A stretch of 64,000 bases of DNA. Origin: Flectonema sp. DT1601 (lineage: Eukaryota). A program made the translations under genes and the position numbers. Positions 54,363 through 64,000 of the stretch are shown piece by piece. How positions within the stretch are numbered: position 1 is the first letter of the stretch; every line of letters begins with the position of its first letter. The DNA is taken from assembly GCA_964019425.1 (NCBI GenBank), contig OZ025781.1, positions 1,550,001 through 1,614,000 of the forward strand, in the 5' to 3' direction. The notes beneath the pieces are model-generated. The model was given only the letters and a program-made list of their open reading frames with translations, was not told the origin of the DNA and made no database searches.

Positions 54363-55011
54363 AAACTGTTACTGTTATGACCCTCAAAGTGTGCCATCAA
54401 ATTCGTTGAATTGGTTGGTTTCATTATTTCAATAAAAGAAATCAACTCTGCTTGCCATGATCTGAGCATTTTATACTTTGTTTTCAAAAACCAGTAGATG
54501 ACCCTCGTCATTTATGTCTTCTTTACTGATAAAATAAATAAAGTTTTCTTTTCTTTTGTTTTGAATAGTGATGTGAGATAACGTGTGGTAATTTTGAATG
54601 TTAACATATTTTGTTAAGTCGTTTTCTTTGACTTAGAATTGTGATTGTTTTTCTTACTGTGTGTGGCATTTTTTTTTATAACCGTTCGTTCGTCTTATTT
54701 TTTTTTTAGTTTTCTTTTAAATTAATTTCTTGTTATATTTATCCAAAGGAGTGGAAAGTGAGGTTCAAACCGCTTGCCGAACGTTACCTTTTTATTCATG
54801 AGCCACGTGTTATATCTGTGTATCCAAAGCCAAATTATATTTTTTAGTATTTTTTTTTAAACGGATCCAAAATGGGTATACTTGCTCCCTTAACTTAGAG
54901 AGCGTTCTTTCCCTTCTTCGGAAAGTGATTTTTTTTTTTTTTTTTTTTTGAAATTTACACTGAAGACACCTTATAGTTTTAGTTATTCACAGTTATCGTG
55001 ATTTAACGAAT

Positions 55012-56130
55012 ATGCCGGCAGCTGTGTCAGCTTATGAATTATTGAATGAGAAAAGTAATGTTACACCAACTCCGATACTAAGAAAGCCACAATCAAATAA
55101 TGATAAAGCAGTGGTTCTATGTAGGACACAGACATTATCATTTCAGACTTGGGATCGACTTAGTTGGTTTGAAGGAGTTAGAGAGACGTGTTCAGCTATT
55201 GTTTGGTGTGGCCAACAAGTGGGATTTCCCAGGGATTTGGTGATTGAGGTGCTGAAATATTATTTGAAGCCGTCTGCTAGATTTAGTACCAGAAAACCGA
55301 TTGAATTTCAATCCGACGACGAGACTGAAACCGACTCAAGTCCTAAATCAAAGTCGCGGGAAGCTACCGACGTCATCATCGTCAAGAAAAAATCTTCCTC
55401 TGTCAGCAACACCAATGCCGTGAGTTCTTTAGCAGACGTTGCGGCGTCTGCTCACTGGATGCGATTCTCATCTGACATCTCTGATATGCCTGTCACAAAA
55501 TCACTTCAAAAGGATGTTTCTAAATCGTCAACCCCTGTAAACACTGTAGACCAAAAGGATAAACCACTTCGTTCAGCATTGAAACTCTCTGTCGATAACA
55601 AGGCTACCGATAAGTCAAAAAGAAGATTTTGTGGTACTTCTATTAGAACACGACGTAGTTCTGAGTCCACTGCCGGCAAACGTCAGATTAATTTTCCAAA
55701 TGACGACAACAAGAAGCTCATCAGTAACACCAATGCCGTGAGTTCTTTAACAGACATTGCGGCGTCTGCTCACTGGATGCGATTCTCATCTAATGCTCCT
55801 GATGAGTCCGTTGATACAAAGGAATCGACCAACATCAGATCATCGACATCTGAAGAACATCAGAGCAAATTACATTATTCAGCATCCTCCATCGATACTA
55901 GAACTGCTAATACTGAATCTGTGAGAGTGTTAACACCACCACCCTGTTTGATGCAGAGTTCACATAAATCTAAAAAGAGTTCATTTACATCCGAAAGCTC
56001 CTCGTCTGGAAGTGACTCCGGTAGAACCCATCGTTATACTTGGGGTGAACGTGCTTTGAGAATGTTGTCGTGTGGGTTTAAGAAACATTCGGCTGAGAAG
56101 TCGTCTGAAAAACGAAGTTTATCTCGGTAG
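55012..56130 (+). CDS. Ser-rich hypothetical protein with an internal 23-aa duplication, 372 aa
   Basis: Clean ORF. SNTNAVSSL(A/T)D(V/I)AASAHWMRFSS occurs twice. Confidence 0.7.
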   Translation: MPAAVSAYELLNEKSNVTPTPILRKPQSNNDKAVVLCRTQTLSFQTWDRLSWFEGVRETCSAIVWCGQQVGFPRDLVIEVLKYYLKPSARFSTRKPIEFQSDDETETDSSPKSKSREATDVIIVKKKSSSVSNTNAVSSLADVAASAHWMRFSSDISDMPVTKSLQKDVSKSSTPVNTVDQKDKPLRSALKLSVDNKATDKSKRRFCGTSIRTRRSSESTAGKRQINFPNDDNKKLISNTNAVSSLTDIAASAHWMRFSSNAPDESVDTKESTNIRSSTSEEHQSKLHYSASSIDTRTANTESVRVLTPPPCLMQSSHKSKKSSFTSESSSSGSDSGRTHRYTWGERALRMLSCGFKKHSAEKSSEKRSLSR

Positions 56131-57048
56131 GTAATAGCAGTCATATTCTCAGTTGACGTAATTTCCGAGAATAGACGTGTGACAGATATCGTTATCAAGA
56201 TACTCAGCCATGATGCTATTTGTAGTTGTCACTGCATCTTTCTCAAGATGAAAGTAGTACCTTGGAGTATTTTAGTCATTCATTTCTGCTTCTTTATTGG
56301 TGAATGTGCCATTGGCTTTTTTTAAACAAAATCTCCGAGGACGAACATGCACATTTTTTATTTTATAATTATTATTTTTCTTGGTCATTAGGCAGGCAAT
56401 AGTAGTCGCTGAACCAGGTCTTGTTCTTTTCTCGGTTTTTTTGTTTTTTTATTTTTTTTCTTCAAAATTCCCTAGCCTTATCTAATAGTTATTTTTTAAT
56501 TTTTTTTTTTTTTTTTTTTGTGCTATTGCTGTAGCCTCTATGAGTAAGGTACTTGCGCACCAGCAGCAGCCTGGTTTCTTATTGACTTGTTCGCAGTCTT
56601 TTTTTCTTTAACGATTTGCAGTACATCCTCTTCTTTATGTAGCGATGTGACCCTTTGTTGTTAAATTTTTTGTTTTCTCCTCTAGCATGTTATCTTTTGT
56701 TGTTTTATTTTACACCCCTTTTCATATATGGTTATTACCCAGCACATGCCCGTATCTCCGATGCCATTTCATTGGCAATTATTCTGTCTATCCACTTTAA
56801 GTCGGGTTTTCTCCTCCCTCTTTTTTTTTTTTTTAATTCTTCGCAAATCCACTAGCTTGATGTTTTTTTTAAGTCTGAAATGTGTGTTAGTTAGATCGAT
56901 ATTTTCTTTCCAGGTACTTTTGTGATGCGGTGTTTACTTACACAAAGTTTTCGTTGAAGGAACTGTTTTTTTTTTTCACATTAATTTGTTCTCTCTCTTT
57001 TCCAGCTGCACTACTCTTATATAAAACTCCGACACAACTCTAACAACA

Positions 57049-57693
57049 ATGTCCGGAATGGAAAATGATGAAACCAACTGTTTGTACAAAGTACTCGTAG
57101 TAGGAGAGGGTGGTACTGGAAAGACTTGTGTAATTAGAAGATACGTTCATAATATTTTCCAAATGAGTACGAAGACTACCATCGGTGTCGACTTTGCGTT
57201 GAAGATGCTTCACTGGGATGGTAAAAAACAAATCACCCTTCAAGTTTGGGACATTGCTGGACAAGAACGTTATGGACAAATGACTAGAGTTTACTACCAG
57301 GCTGCTGTTGGAGCTCTAGTCGTTTTCGATATTAAGAAACCAGAATCATTCGCAGCTGTAGCAAAGTGGAAACAAGATATTGATAACAAAGTGTACATGG
57401 CCGACAACAGCAGCATTCCGTGTGTGCTATTAGCAAACAAGTGTGACTTGTCTCCTTTATCTGACTTTAAGACAAATGAAGAAATGGATACTTTTTGTGA
57501 AGAAAATGGTTTCGTTGGATGGTTTGAGACCTCAGCTCTTAAAGACATTAATATCAAACCCGCATTTGAAGAACTCGTAAAGCACATTGTTGTAAATGAC
57601 AACCCGAAAACACAACAACAAGGTGGTAAGAAAGAAACTCTTACTCTAACTCAACCACCTTCAAGAGAGAGCCAGAAATCATGCAAATGTTAA
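57049..57693 (+). CDS. RAB32: Rab GTPase, Rab32/38/29 subfamily, 214 aa
   Basis: GEGGTGKT, TIGVDFALK, the subfamily-diagnostic WDIAGQE, KWKQDIDNKV, LANKCD, WFETSA and a C-terminal CKC prenylation motif. Confidence 0.9.
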   Translation: MSGMENDETNCLYKVLVVGEGGTGKTCVIRRYVHNIFQMSTKTTIGVDFALKMLHWDGKKQITLQVWDIAGQERYGQMTRVYYQAAVGALVVFDIKKPESFAAVAKWKQDIDNKVYMADNSSIPCVLLANKCDLSPLSDFKTNEEMDTFCEENGFVGWFETSALKDINIKPAFEELVKHIVVNDNPKTQQQGGKKETLTLTQPPSRESQKSCKC

Positions 57694-59888
57694 TTCAAAC
57701 AGCGCATGCTTTCCTCGTCTTCTCTTACGGGCTAATACCCCTTATGTTCAAAAAGGTAGTAGTTTCCTTCGAAATCCTGTTCTTTATTTTCACCTAAAAA
57801 TGATTGTAGGATTTGCCGTGACTTTCTCTTACTGCGGCAATTTAAAGGGGAAAATGTATTAAGAAATAGTATGGTGACCAATCCCCTATCCCCTTTCCCA
57901 ATCCAAAAAAAAAAAAAAAAAAAAAAAAGAGATACGTTTTTCTCTAAAGGAGCCCTTTGGGAAAATTCGGTGTCTCATGTTCGGTAACTTACCAAACTAA
58001 GCTGTTGGAAGTGGCTAAAGTGCCACAGAAATATTATCTGTTGTTTTATGCTTTACAAATTGTTCTCTGAAAACCCTTGCGGAGAAATGAATTTGACAAT
58101 GTTTAAAAAAAACCTGAGGAGGTGACTTGTTATACGCATTCTGTTTCCAGTAGGCTGACATTAGGCAACAGAGTTTTAAGTTTTATAAGTTGTGTTATGA
58201 ATGTTTTGGTAAAATGTGTATACAAGTCATACTTTAGTGTTTCTGATTTTTTCTTCTTTTTTTTTCTTTTTATGAACGGAAAAAAAATACTCTCCCTATT
58301 CCCAAAAGTTGTTATCTCTTGCTGGTGTTCGGTCTTGTTTTGTAGTATTCTTATCTTCCCCCGCTTGTTATTTTTCTTCGTTGCTTCCTGGACTATGAAG
58401 CTACCCACTCGTTGTTTTTCTATTCCTTTTTGCTTTTTCCGTGTGGAATGCAGTGCTGGATCAGGTATCTGTTGTTGTGGTGTGTGGTTGCAAAACGTTG
58501 TTGTGGAAAAAAAAAAAAAAAAAAGAAACTTTTTGTGTTGTTTGTTTCTACCACCCTTCAGCCGCTACGGAGATCCCTAATCTCGTGGACTCTAAAGTCA
58601 CATGATCTCTTTTCTTTTTTTAAAAAAAAAATAATTTTTCTTCGGGTGTTGGTATGTTTATATTTTAGTTTATTACAACAGTCTACTTCTCAACGAATTC
58701 CCCCCCTCGCAAACAAGCAACTCAACACGGCAAGTTGATAGTATTTCCCCAACATAGTTATTTTGCTTCCCTCTTCCTGTTCCCCTACTAGATAATTCTT
58801 ATATTTGTGACCTCCAATACTGAGCTCAGTAGTTGGTTGTGTGAGTGTGAAGCACTGTTTGCAAAAAAAAAACTAACAACGTTCATTCGAAGGTGTGGAG
58901 CCACCGTCGAACACTTTTTTTTTCCTTTTTTTTTTTAATAGTTCTCGTTTTTTTAATGTCAACTTTTTTTTTATTATTATTACGGAAAAAAAAACTGAAT
59001 CCTACCTTTCAAATTATAGAATTGGTTGTCTCCATGGCAAGGCTTCTCCTTCTGTCAATAAAGTGTTGAAATTAAAGTTCCCTTCCCATGTCTCCCCATG
59101 CTTCCTTCCGTTGTGCATTCTTTCATTCTCTTTAAAGATTATTTGTTACTTTATATCCCCTCTAAAAGTTGCTAGTTCCGGTGAGAGAGCTGGAAAGGAA
59201 CTAAGAATTTAAAAAAAAAAAAAAAAATACAAAAAAAAAAAAAAAAAAAAGGAAATAACAGAACAGAACAAATTGTTACTTCGTTCAACGTTTTTTTTTC
59301 TTGCATTTCTCTCTGCCTTACTATGCTTTTTTGAAAAGGAGATCAAAGGCGGTTTGATCACAGAGGAGGGATGGTTTAAAAAAAAAAGAAAAAGAGAAGC
59401 AAATGACTGTGTGTCTGAAATTAACTGTAAGCGACAACGCGTGAGGATTAATTAACGTGTGCTGTGGAGACCCCTTATTGCGCTCATACACCACTCGGGG
59501 AGTAATTGGATAGAAATTTATATTAAAAAAAAACAAGTGAGAAGCAAAAAAAAAAAAAAAAAAACTGAGCGAAGAGAGAAGGACTAATATTAAAAAAAAA
59601 AAAGGATTGTTCTTGGTAAAGCCATGAACGGTGCCTCACTGTCGCTGCATATTTCTAAAGTGAAAAGGAAACATTTTTTTATGTTAAATTTTGTATCCAC
59701 TACACTGCACCAACGCAAGCAATATTAGTTTTCCTTACAGGATATTGCTTTTGTTTGTCTGATAGTTGCCTTCTGTTTTTGTTATTTAATCTCTTGACTG
59801 TGTTAGCAGTATCACTTTTTTTTTTTTGTATTGTAATTAACCAAACCAATCTCAAGAAGATATTTCTACATTCAGGATACCAAACTAA

Positions 59889-62702
59889 ATGTCAGACCCA
59901 GTAGATGTTGAGGAATTAACACAACTAAAATGCCTTCTTCAGAATGTAGAGGCTGAAAAAGAAGCATATCGGAACAGGTTTGCAAAGCAAAAACAAGAAG
60001 CAGATAGCTTAAGAGAACAGCTAACAACAGCCCAAGAAAACGTGGAGACGAAGACTCAGGAATTACAAAAAGAAAAGGAACATAGTGAAACACTGAACGG
60101 TCAACTGAACGCTTTAATAGCGGAGAAGGGAGACGCAGCAGCTGAAAAACATGATATCATACCACGTTCTCCATTGAATGCGAGTTTATCAGGTTGGGAA
60201 ATGGCAAGACAAGATACCTTTGATGCAAAACACTCTGCTCAGATGGCTGACGTAGTCGAGGCACTCCAACAAGAAGTTGCAACTGGAAAGCAAGAAATAG
60301 AAGAACTCAAAGAAGAGTTAGAAGAGCAAACCGACATGCACACAGACGACCTTCTTCCTCTGCAAGAGAAGGTTACTGAATTAGAGGTTTCAGAGAGAGA
60401 ATTAAAAGAAAAAATTGAAACTATTTCAAACGAAAGAGACGGAACACTGCAAACTCTTGAAGACACCAGCAAGCAACTCGCAACCTCGCGAGAACAAGCA
60501 CACCTACAAATAGAAGAAGTAAATCAAAAAATAAAAGATCTCTCTGAAGTTAACGATAACTTAACGAGTCAACTTCAGGCAGCAGAATCTAAAAATACGG
60601 AAATCACTGAAACCCACACCAATGACATGTCTGCTTTAAAGGAACAGCTGAACTCTTCGGAGAAAAAGGAAGCTGAACTTATTCAGCAACTTAAAGAGAC
60701 GGACGATGAACTTACTGACACACAAGAACAAGTAGCCAATACAAAAAGTGAAACAACTCAATTACAAAAACAACTTCAGATATTACAAGAACAAATAAAT
60801 GACAGTAAGTCTGACACTGAATCAAGATTAGAGTGCGCACGTGCGATGACTTCTACTTTAGAAAAAGAATTGCAGACAGCTAAAGCAGAGCTTGATCAAA
60901 TTACAGAAGTTAAGAAGGTTCTTGAAAAGGAAAACGAAACACTTCAATCTGAGTCTGCGAGTCTCACAGAAGAACGGAATCGTCTCACAGAAGAACAGAC
61001 TCGTCTCACTCAGGATGTTAAAGCTTCTCAGGAGACGGAAGCTATTCTTCAATCTGAACTCAAGTCACTCGAGGAAGAGATCTCTTCATTGAAAACCCAA
61101 CTGACTGCCGCCCAACAAAATAGTTCTGAAGATCTCTCCAAATCACAAACAGAAGTATCAGAATTACAAAAAAAACTATCCTCCGCTAACGAACTCAACT
61201 CCACCACTTCGAATGAAATCAGCTCTCTGGAAGAGAAGTTGGCAGCAGCTCAGCAAAGTGGTTCCGACGATTTGTTAAAATCCCAAAATGAGTTGTCGGA
61301 ATTACAACAAAAATTAACTTCGGCTGAAGAAACCATCTCATCGCATGCAGCAGCAAGTGATAGCCTGAAGGAAAAGCTGGCTGCGGTTGAAGAAAGTAGC
61401 CATACGGAAAATGAAAAATTGCAAGAACAAATAACAACCATGGAATCAACAAAAGACAGTGAAATTAGTACCTTGAGAGACCAGTTGACAGCAGCACAGC
61501 AGAGCTGTTCTGAAGATTTGGTCAGCGCGCAGAATGACGTCACCGCACTGCGGGAGAAATTAAATTCAACAGAGACATCAGGTCAGGCTGAAATTAGTTC
61601 CTTGAAGGAGCAGATTGCTGAGGCTCAGCAGAATGCGAGCCAAGATCTCGCTACCGCGCAAGCAAAAATATCAGATCTTAATGGTCAGGTAGAAAATCTT
61701 CAAAATGCTGCAGGTGTTGAGGATGTCTTAAAACAGGAACTCAACTCTCTAAAGTCTCAACATTCTCAAGAAGTTGAACAACTAAACTCTCGCATTGAAT
61801 CCCTGAGCGAGGAGAGTTCGAAAATCAATGAACTCGAGAATACCAACAAGAACTTAGTATCCGAGAATGACATACTGCAGAGTTCTATTGGAGCATCACA
61901 GCAGGAGATAACAACAATGGAGGCAACGTTGGAAGCATTGAGAACAAGTTATGCTTCAGTGACATCGGAAATGGCTAAGGCTGAAGATTGCCAACGAACC
62001 CTTGAAAAAACGATGGCAATGGAACAGAAGAAATCATTTGAACTGAAATCTGAACATGAAGCAGCTCAGAAATCAAATATCGCAGAAATTGCGAAACTTC
62101 AATCGGAGATTACCCAACTGAGAAACAGAAGTCCAGTAGAGAAGTCAATCATAAGCAAACCAGCGGCTGAACTCGAGCGAAGGCCATCTGTGGAACCCGT
62201 AATAGATATGCCTCCACCACTGCCTGCTGATTTGAGTGCCCACATGTGGCTAAACGTTCGCAGTAATTACCGACACGTTAGATTACGTCCACAAGGAGTA
62301 GCAAAACAATGGAGAGTACACAGCATGAAGATGATGGATGCTGCTGGTGTTAATATTGCAACAGACTCAACAAGAATAAAAGTATCTGGAAGATCTCATC
62401 TTGAAGAAGGAGGATGTCAGATGACTGGAGTCTGGGAAGGTCCTCTCAACTCAAGAGATCAATCCTGGATGAGATATGACCTTCCAAATTCAGAAGTTGT
62501 TTGGAAAATAGAAACACGTTCATCAGTTGAAGATGGTCTCGCTCCTCTTCGACTAGTGGCTGAAGGTTCAAAAGACGGCAAAGAATGGGTTTCTGTTAGT
62601 TGGACTGCTGGTGAGACAATTCGATGTCAGCCTGTCTACAAAGACGGTGAATTTAATAAGCCTCGCTTTGCCAACGAAGTTGTTCACCAAATTTCTCTGT
62701 GA
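59889..62702 (+). CDS. Long coiled-coil protein with internal repeats and a small C-terminal globular domain, 937 aa
   Basis: E/Q/K/L heptad-rich sequence with four EIS(S/T)L..Q/KL.AAQQ..S.DL repeats. Trp-rich C-terminus including LVAEGSKDGKEW. Confidence 0.85.
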   Translation: MSDPVDVEELTQLKCLLQNVEAEKEAYRNRFAKQKQEADSLREQLTTAQENVETKTQELQKEKEHSETLNGQLNALIAEKGDAAAEKHDIIPRSPLNASLSGWEMARQDTFDAKHSAQMADVVEALQQEVATGKQEIEELKEELEEQTDMHTDDLLPLQEKVTELEVSERELKEKIETISNERDGTLQTLEDTSKQLATSREQAHLQIEEVNQKIKDLSEVNDNLTSQLQAAESKNTEITETHTNDMSALKEQLNSSEKKEAELIQQLKETDDELTDTQEQVANTKSETTQLQKQLQILQEQINDSKSDTESRLECARAMTSTLEKELQTAKAELDQITEVKKVLEKENETLQSESASLTEERNRLTEEQTRLTQDVKASQETEAILQSELKSLEEEISSLKTQLTAAQQNSSEDLSKSQTEVSELQKKLSSANELNSTTSNEISSLEEKLAAAQQSGSDDLLKSQNELSELQQKLTSAEETISSHAAASDSLKEKLAAVEESSHTENEKLQEQITTMESTKDSEISTLRDQLTAAQQSCSEDLVSAQNDVTALREKLNSTETSGQAEISSLKEQIAEAQQNASQDLATAQAKISDLNGQVENLQNAAGVEDVLKQELNSLKSQHSQEVEQLNSRIESLSEESSKINELENTNKNLVSENDILQSSIGASQQEITTMEATLEALRTSYASVTSEMAKAEDCQRTLEKTMAMEQKKSFELKSEHEAAQKSNIAEIAKLQSEITQLRNRSPVEKSIISKPAAELERRPSVEPVIDMPPPLPADLSAHMWLNVRSNYRHVRLRPQGVAKQWRVHSMKMMDAAGVNIATDSTRIKVSGRSHLEEGGCQMTGVWEGPLNSRDQSWMRYDLPNSEVVWKIETRSSVEDGLAPLRLVAEGSKDGKEWVSVSWTAGETIRCQPVYKDGEFNKPRFANEVVHQISL

Positions 62703-63496
62703 TAACATCCTACAGTCCTATAGTTATATTCGATAATTATGCCGCCCCCCCAAAAAAAAATATTATCCTATTTCATATTTTGTCTCCAAGAATAAATTAT
62801 TAGCAGGTGACACTTCTTGTCCTTAAGAACAATTAGTTAGTTAGATAGCAGTAAAGCCAGGAACAAACACCTTCGGTGGGTGTGTTAGTTTTAATGTTCA
62901 TTTTTCTGTTTCCTTCTCAACTGAACAGCGCTGATACACTTTCTTTCTGAGAATGATACGTTAAGCGTTTGTAACTTAACCCTTACCACCGGAGTTGATA
63001 TATCAGCTTGAAAAAAGATTTTTTTTTCTTCGTCTACGTCTCATCCCGTACATTTTACGCGGAGGGACCCTGGAACCCGCCTTAACATTAATAGTAAGGA
63101 TTTAGCATAGGGTCACTCAAAACATTGCTTTTCCCCCATTGTGCATTCCGGTAATGATGATTTGGTGTGATTTTTTATGGGGAGGGGTGATGGGGTTCAA
63201 GATATCATATTGTGCCTTATTCGCCTTTACCAAAATCGAAATTGTGTAGAAGTTCAAAAAAAAAAAAACTGACTTTCTTACGGTGGTGTTAGGGTTAAAT
63301 TATACAGTCCTTTGGCACTTGACGAAGAGTGGCTTTAGTAGTTCACGTGAGGTTGAGAGAGAACATTTTATGCTCTGTTAATTGTGTTTCCCCCTTCTTA
63401 TTAATTAGTCAGATGGACTCTCAGTGATGTGGTTTATCAAAAGACACTATTTTTGGTGAATATCGTAAATGTCACGTGATCTTGTTTGAGTAATTC

Positions 63497-63534
<38 letters not shown>
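63497..63534. repeat. (TTA)n microsatellite, ~12 units
   Basis: Read directly. Confidence 0.97.
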
Positions 63535-63536
<2 letters not shown>

Positions 63537-63830
63537 TAGATGGAAGTGCCCTACAATTTGGAGGGCGTGTAGGGCGCTTGTAGGGCGCTTTTAATATAAA
63601 TATTATTTTGGAGGGCGCTTTTTTTTACCTTTTTTATTACTATAAGACAGCTAAATTGACGTCGACTTACACTGACGCACAAGTATTTTGACGCAGAAGC
63701 CAAAAAAAATTTTTGACATGCTTGGCAGTCTTTCGAAAAAGAGAAAAAAGGGTGTCACGGGGTTCGAACCCGAGACCTCCAGGTCATGGTTCGGAGGTCA
63801 ACAATGGCAAAAACAATAGGCTACTCCTTG
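63497..63830 (-). mobile_element. Candidate tRNA-derived SINE-like element (or terminus of a larger repeat)
   Basis: On the minus strand, a tRNA-like 3' half with B box (GGTTCGAACCC) at 63750-63790 is followed by a body with a 13-bp inverted repeat (63544-63556 / 63578-63590) and a (TAA)n tail. No target-site duplication was identified. Confidence 0.35.
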
Positions 63831-64000
63831 AGAGCTTCCGGAGCCTGCTGCAATCCCTGAAGCTGAAACTCATTTCAGTGGACGATGCATCCCAGATCTA
63901 CAAGGAGCTGATTAGCCCGCAGAATGCACCGAGTCGAATATAGAGGGATTCGAGGAGGGAGAGTGCGTTCTTACTAACCTGTTAATAGGCCGGTCTTCAC

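Noticed and set aside
57800..59800. Phe/Lys-rich ORFs in this and other intergenic regions (6800-7850, 32600-33700, 42000-43200)
   Set aside because: They are translations of T and A homopolymer tracts.
1821..61543. All minus-strand ORFs in the track
   Set aside because: They are short, mostly antisense shadows of + strand genes or low-complexity intergenic sequence, with no recognisable motifs.
63750..63830. Intact tRNA gene
   Set aside because: Only the 3' half is tRNA-like; there is no D arm or complementary 5' acceptor strand in the window.
63713..63943. 76-aa ORF as a host gene
   Set aside because: It starts at TTG, overlaps the tRNA-like segment and has no motif; it may belong to a repeat that continues past the window.
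1..64000. Non-standard genetic code, CRISPR arrays, rRNA genes, telomeric arrays
   Set aside because: TAA, TAG and TGA all end genes and ORF breaks are explained by introns. There is no repeat-spacer array, extended rRNA similarity or tandem TTAGGG.

Overview
AT-rich eukaryotic nuclear DNA with about 26 protein-coding genes, all on the + strand, in the standard genetic code. Seven of these genes contain short GT-AG introns (17 reconstructed by hand, 63-164 nt). A long one-strand gene array, pyrimidine-rich AG acceptors just upstream of start codons and a membrane-anchored cyclase-like gene, together with cis-introns, point to a euglenozoan, most plausibly a diplonemid; this is an inference, not verified. 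Recognisable products are: a Nup160-like nucleoporin, a TMEM181-like/class-3 lipase split by a 200-N gap, a ~1680-aa helical-repeat protein, CRAL-TRIO, three tandem identical YghU-type GSTs, a degenerate class III cyclase, VPS9, VIT1/CCC1, Prp31, GH2 beta-mannosidase, kinesin, NDUFAF5, Ubl-ankyrin, TerD-TerD-C2, an MpaB/Lcp-type oxygenase, Rab32/38 and a long coiled-coil protein. The most striking pattern is in splicing signals. Internal intron acceptors are preceded by A/C-rich tracts with no polypyrimidine tract, while acceptors upstream of ATGs are pyrimidine-rich, suggesting separate cis and trans acceptor codes. All 17 donors have T at +4. Other highlights are an in-frame (CAC)n intron that would add a poly-His tract to a VIT1 metal transporter, and a candidate tRNA-derived SINE-like element at the right end. 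All protein calls come from motif recognition by eye; no searches were run.
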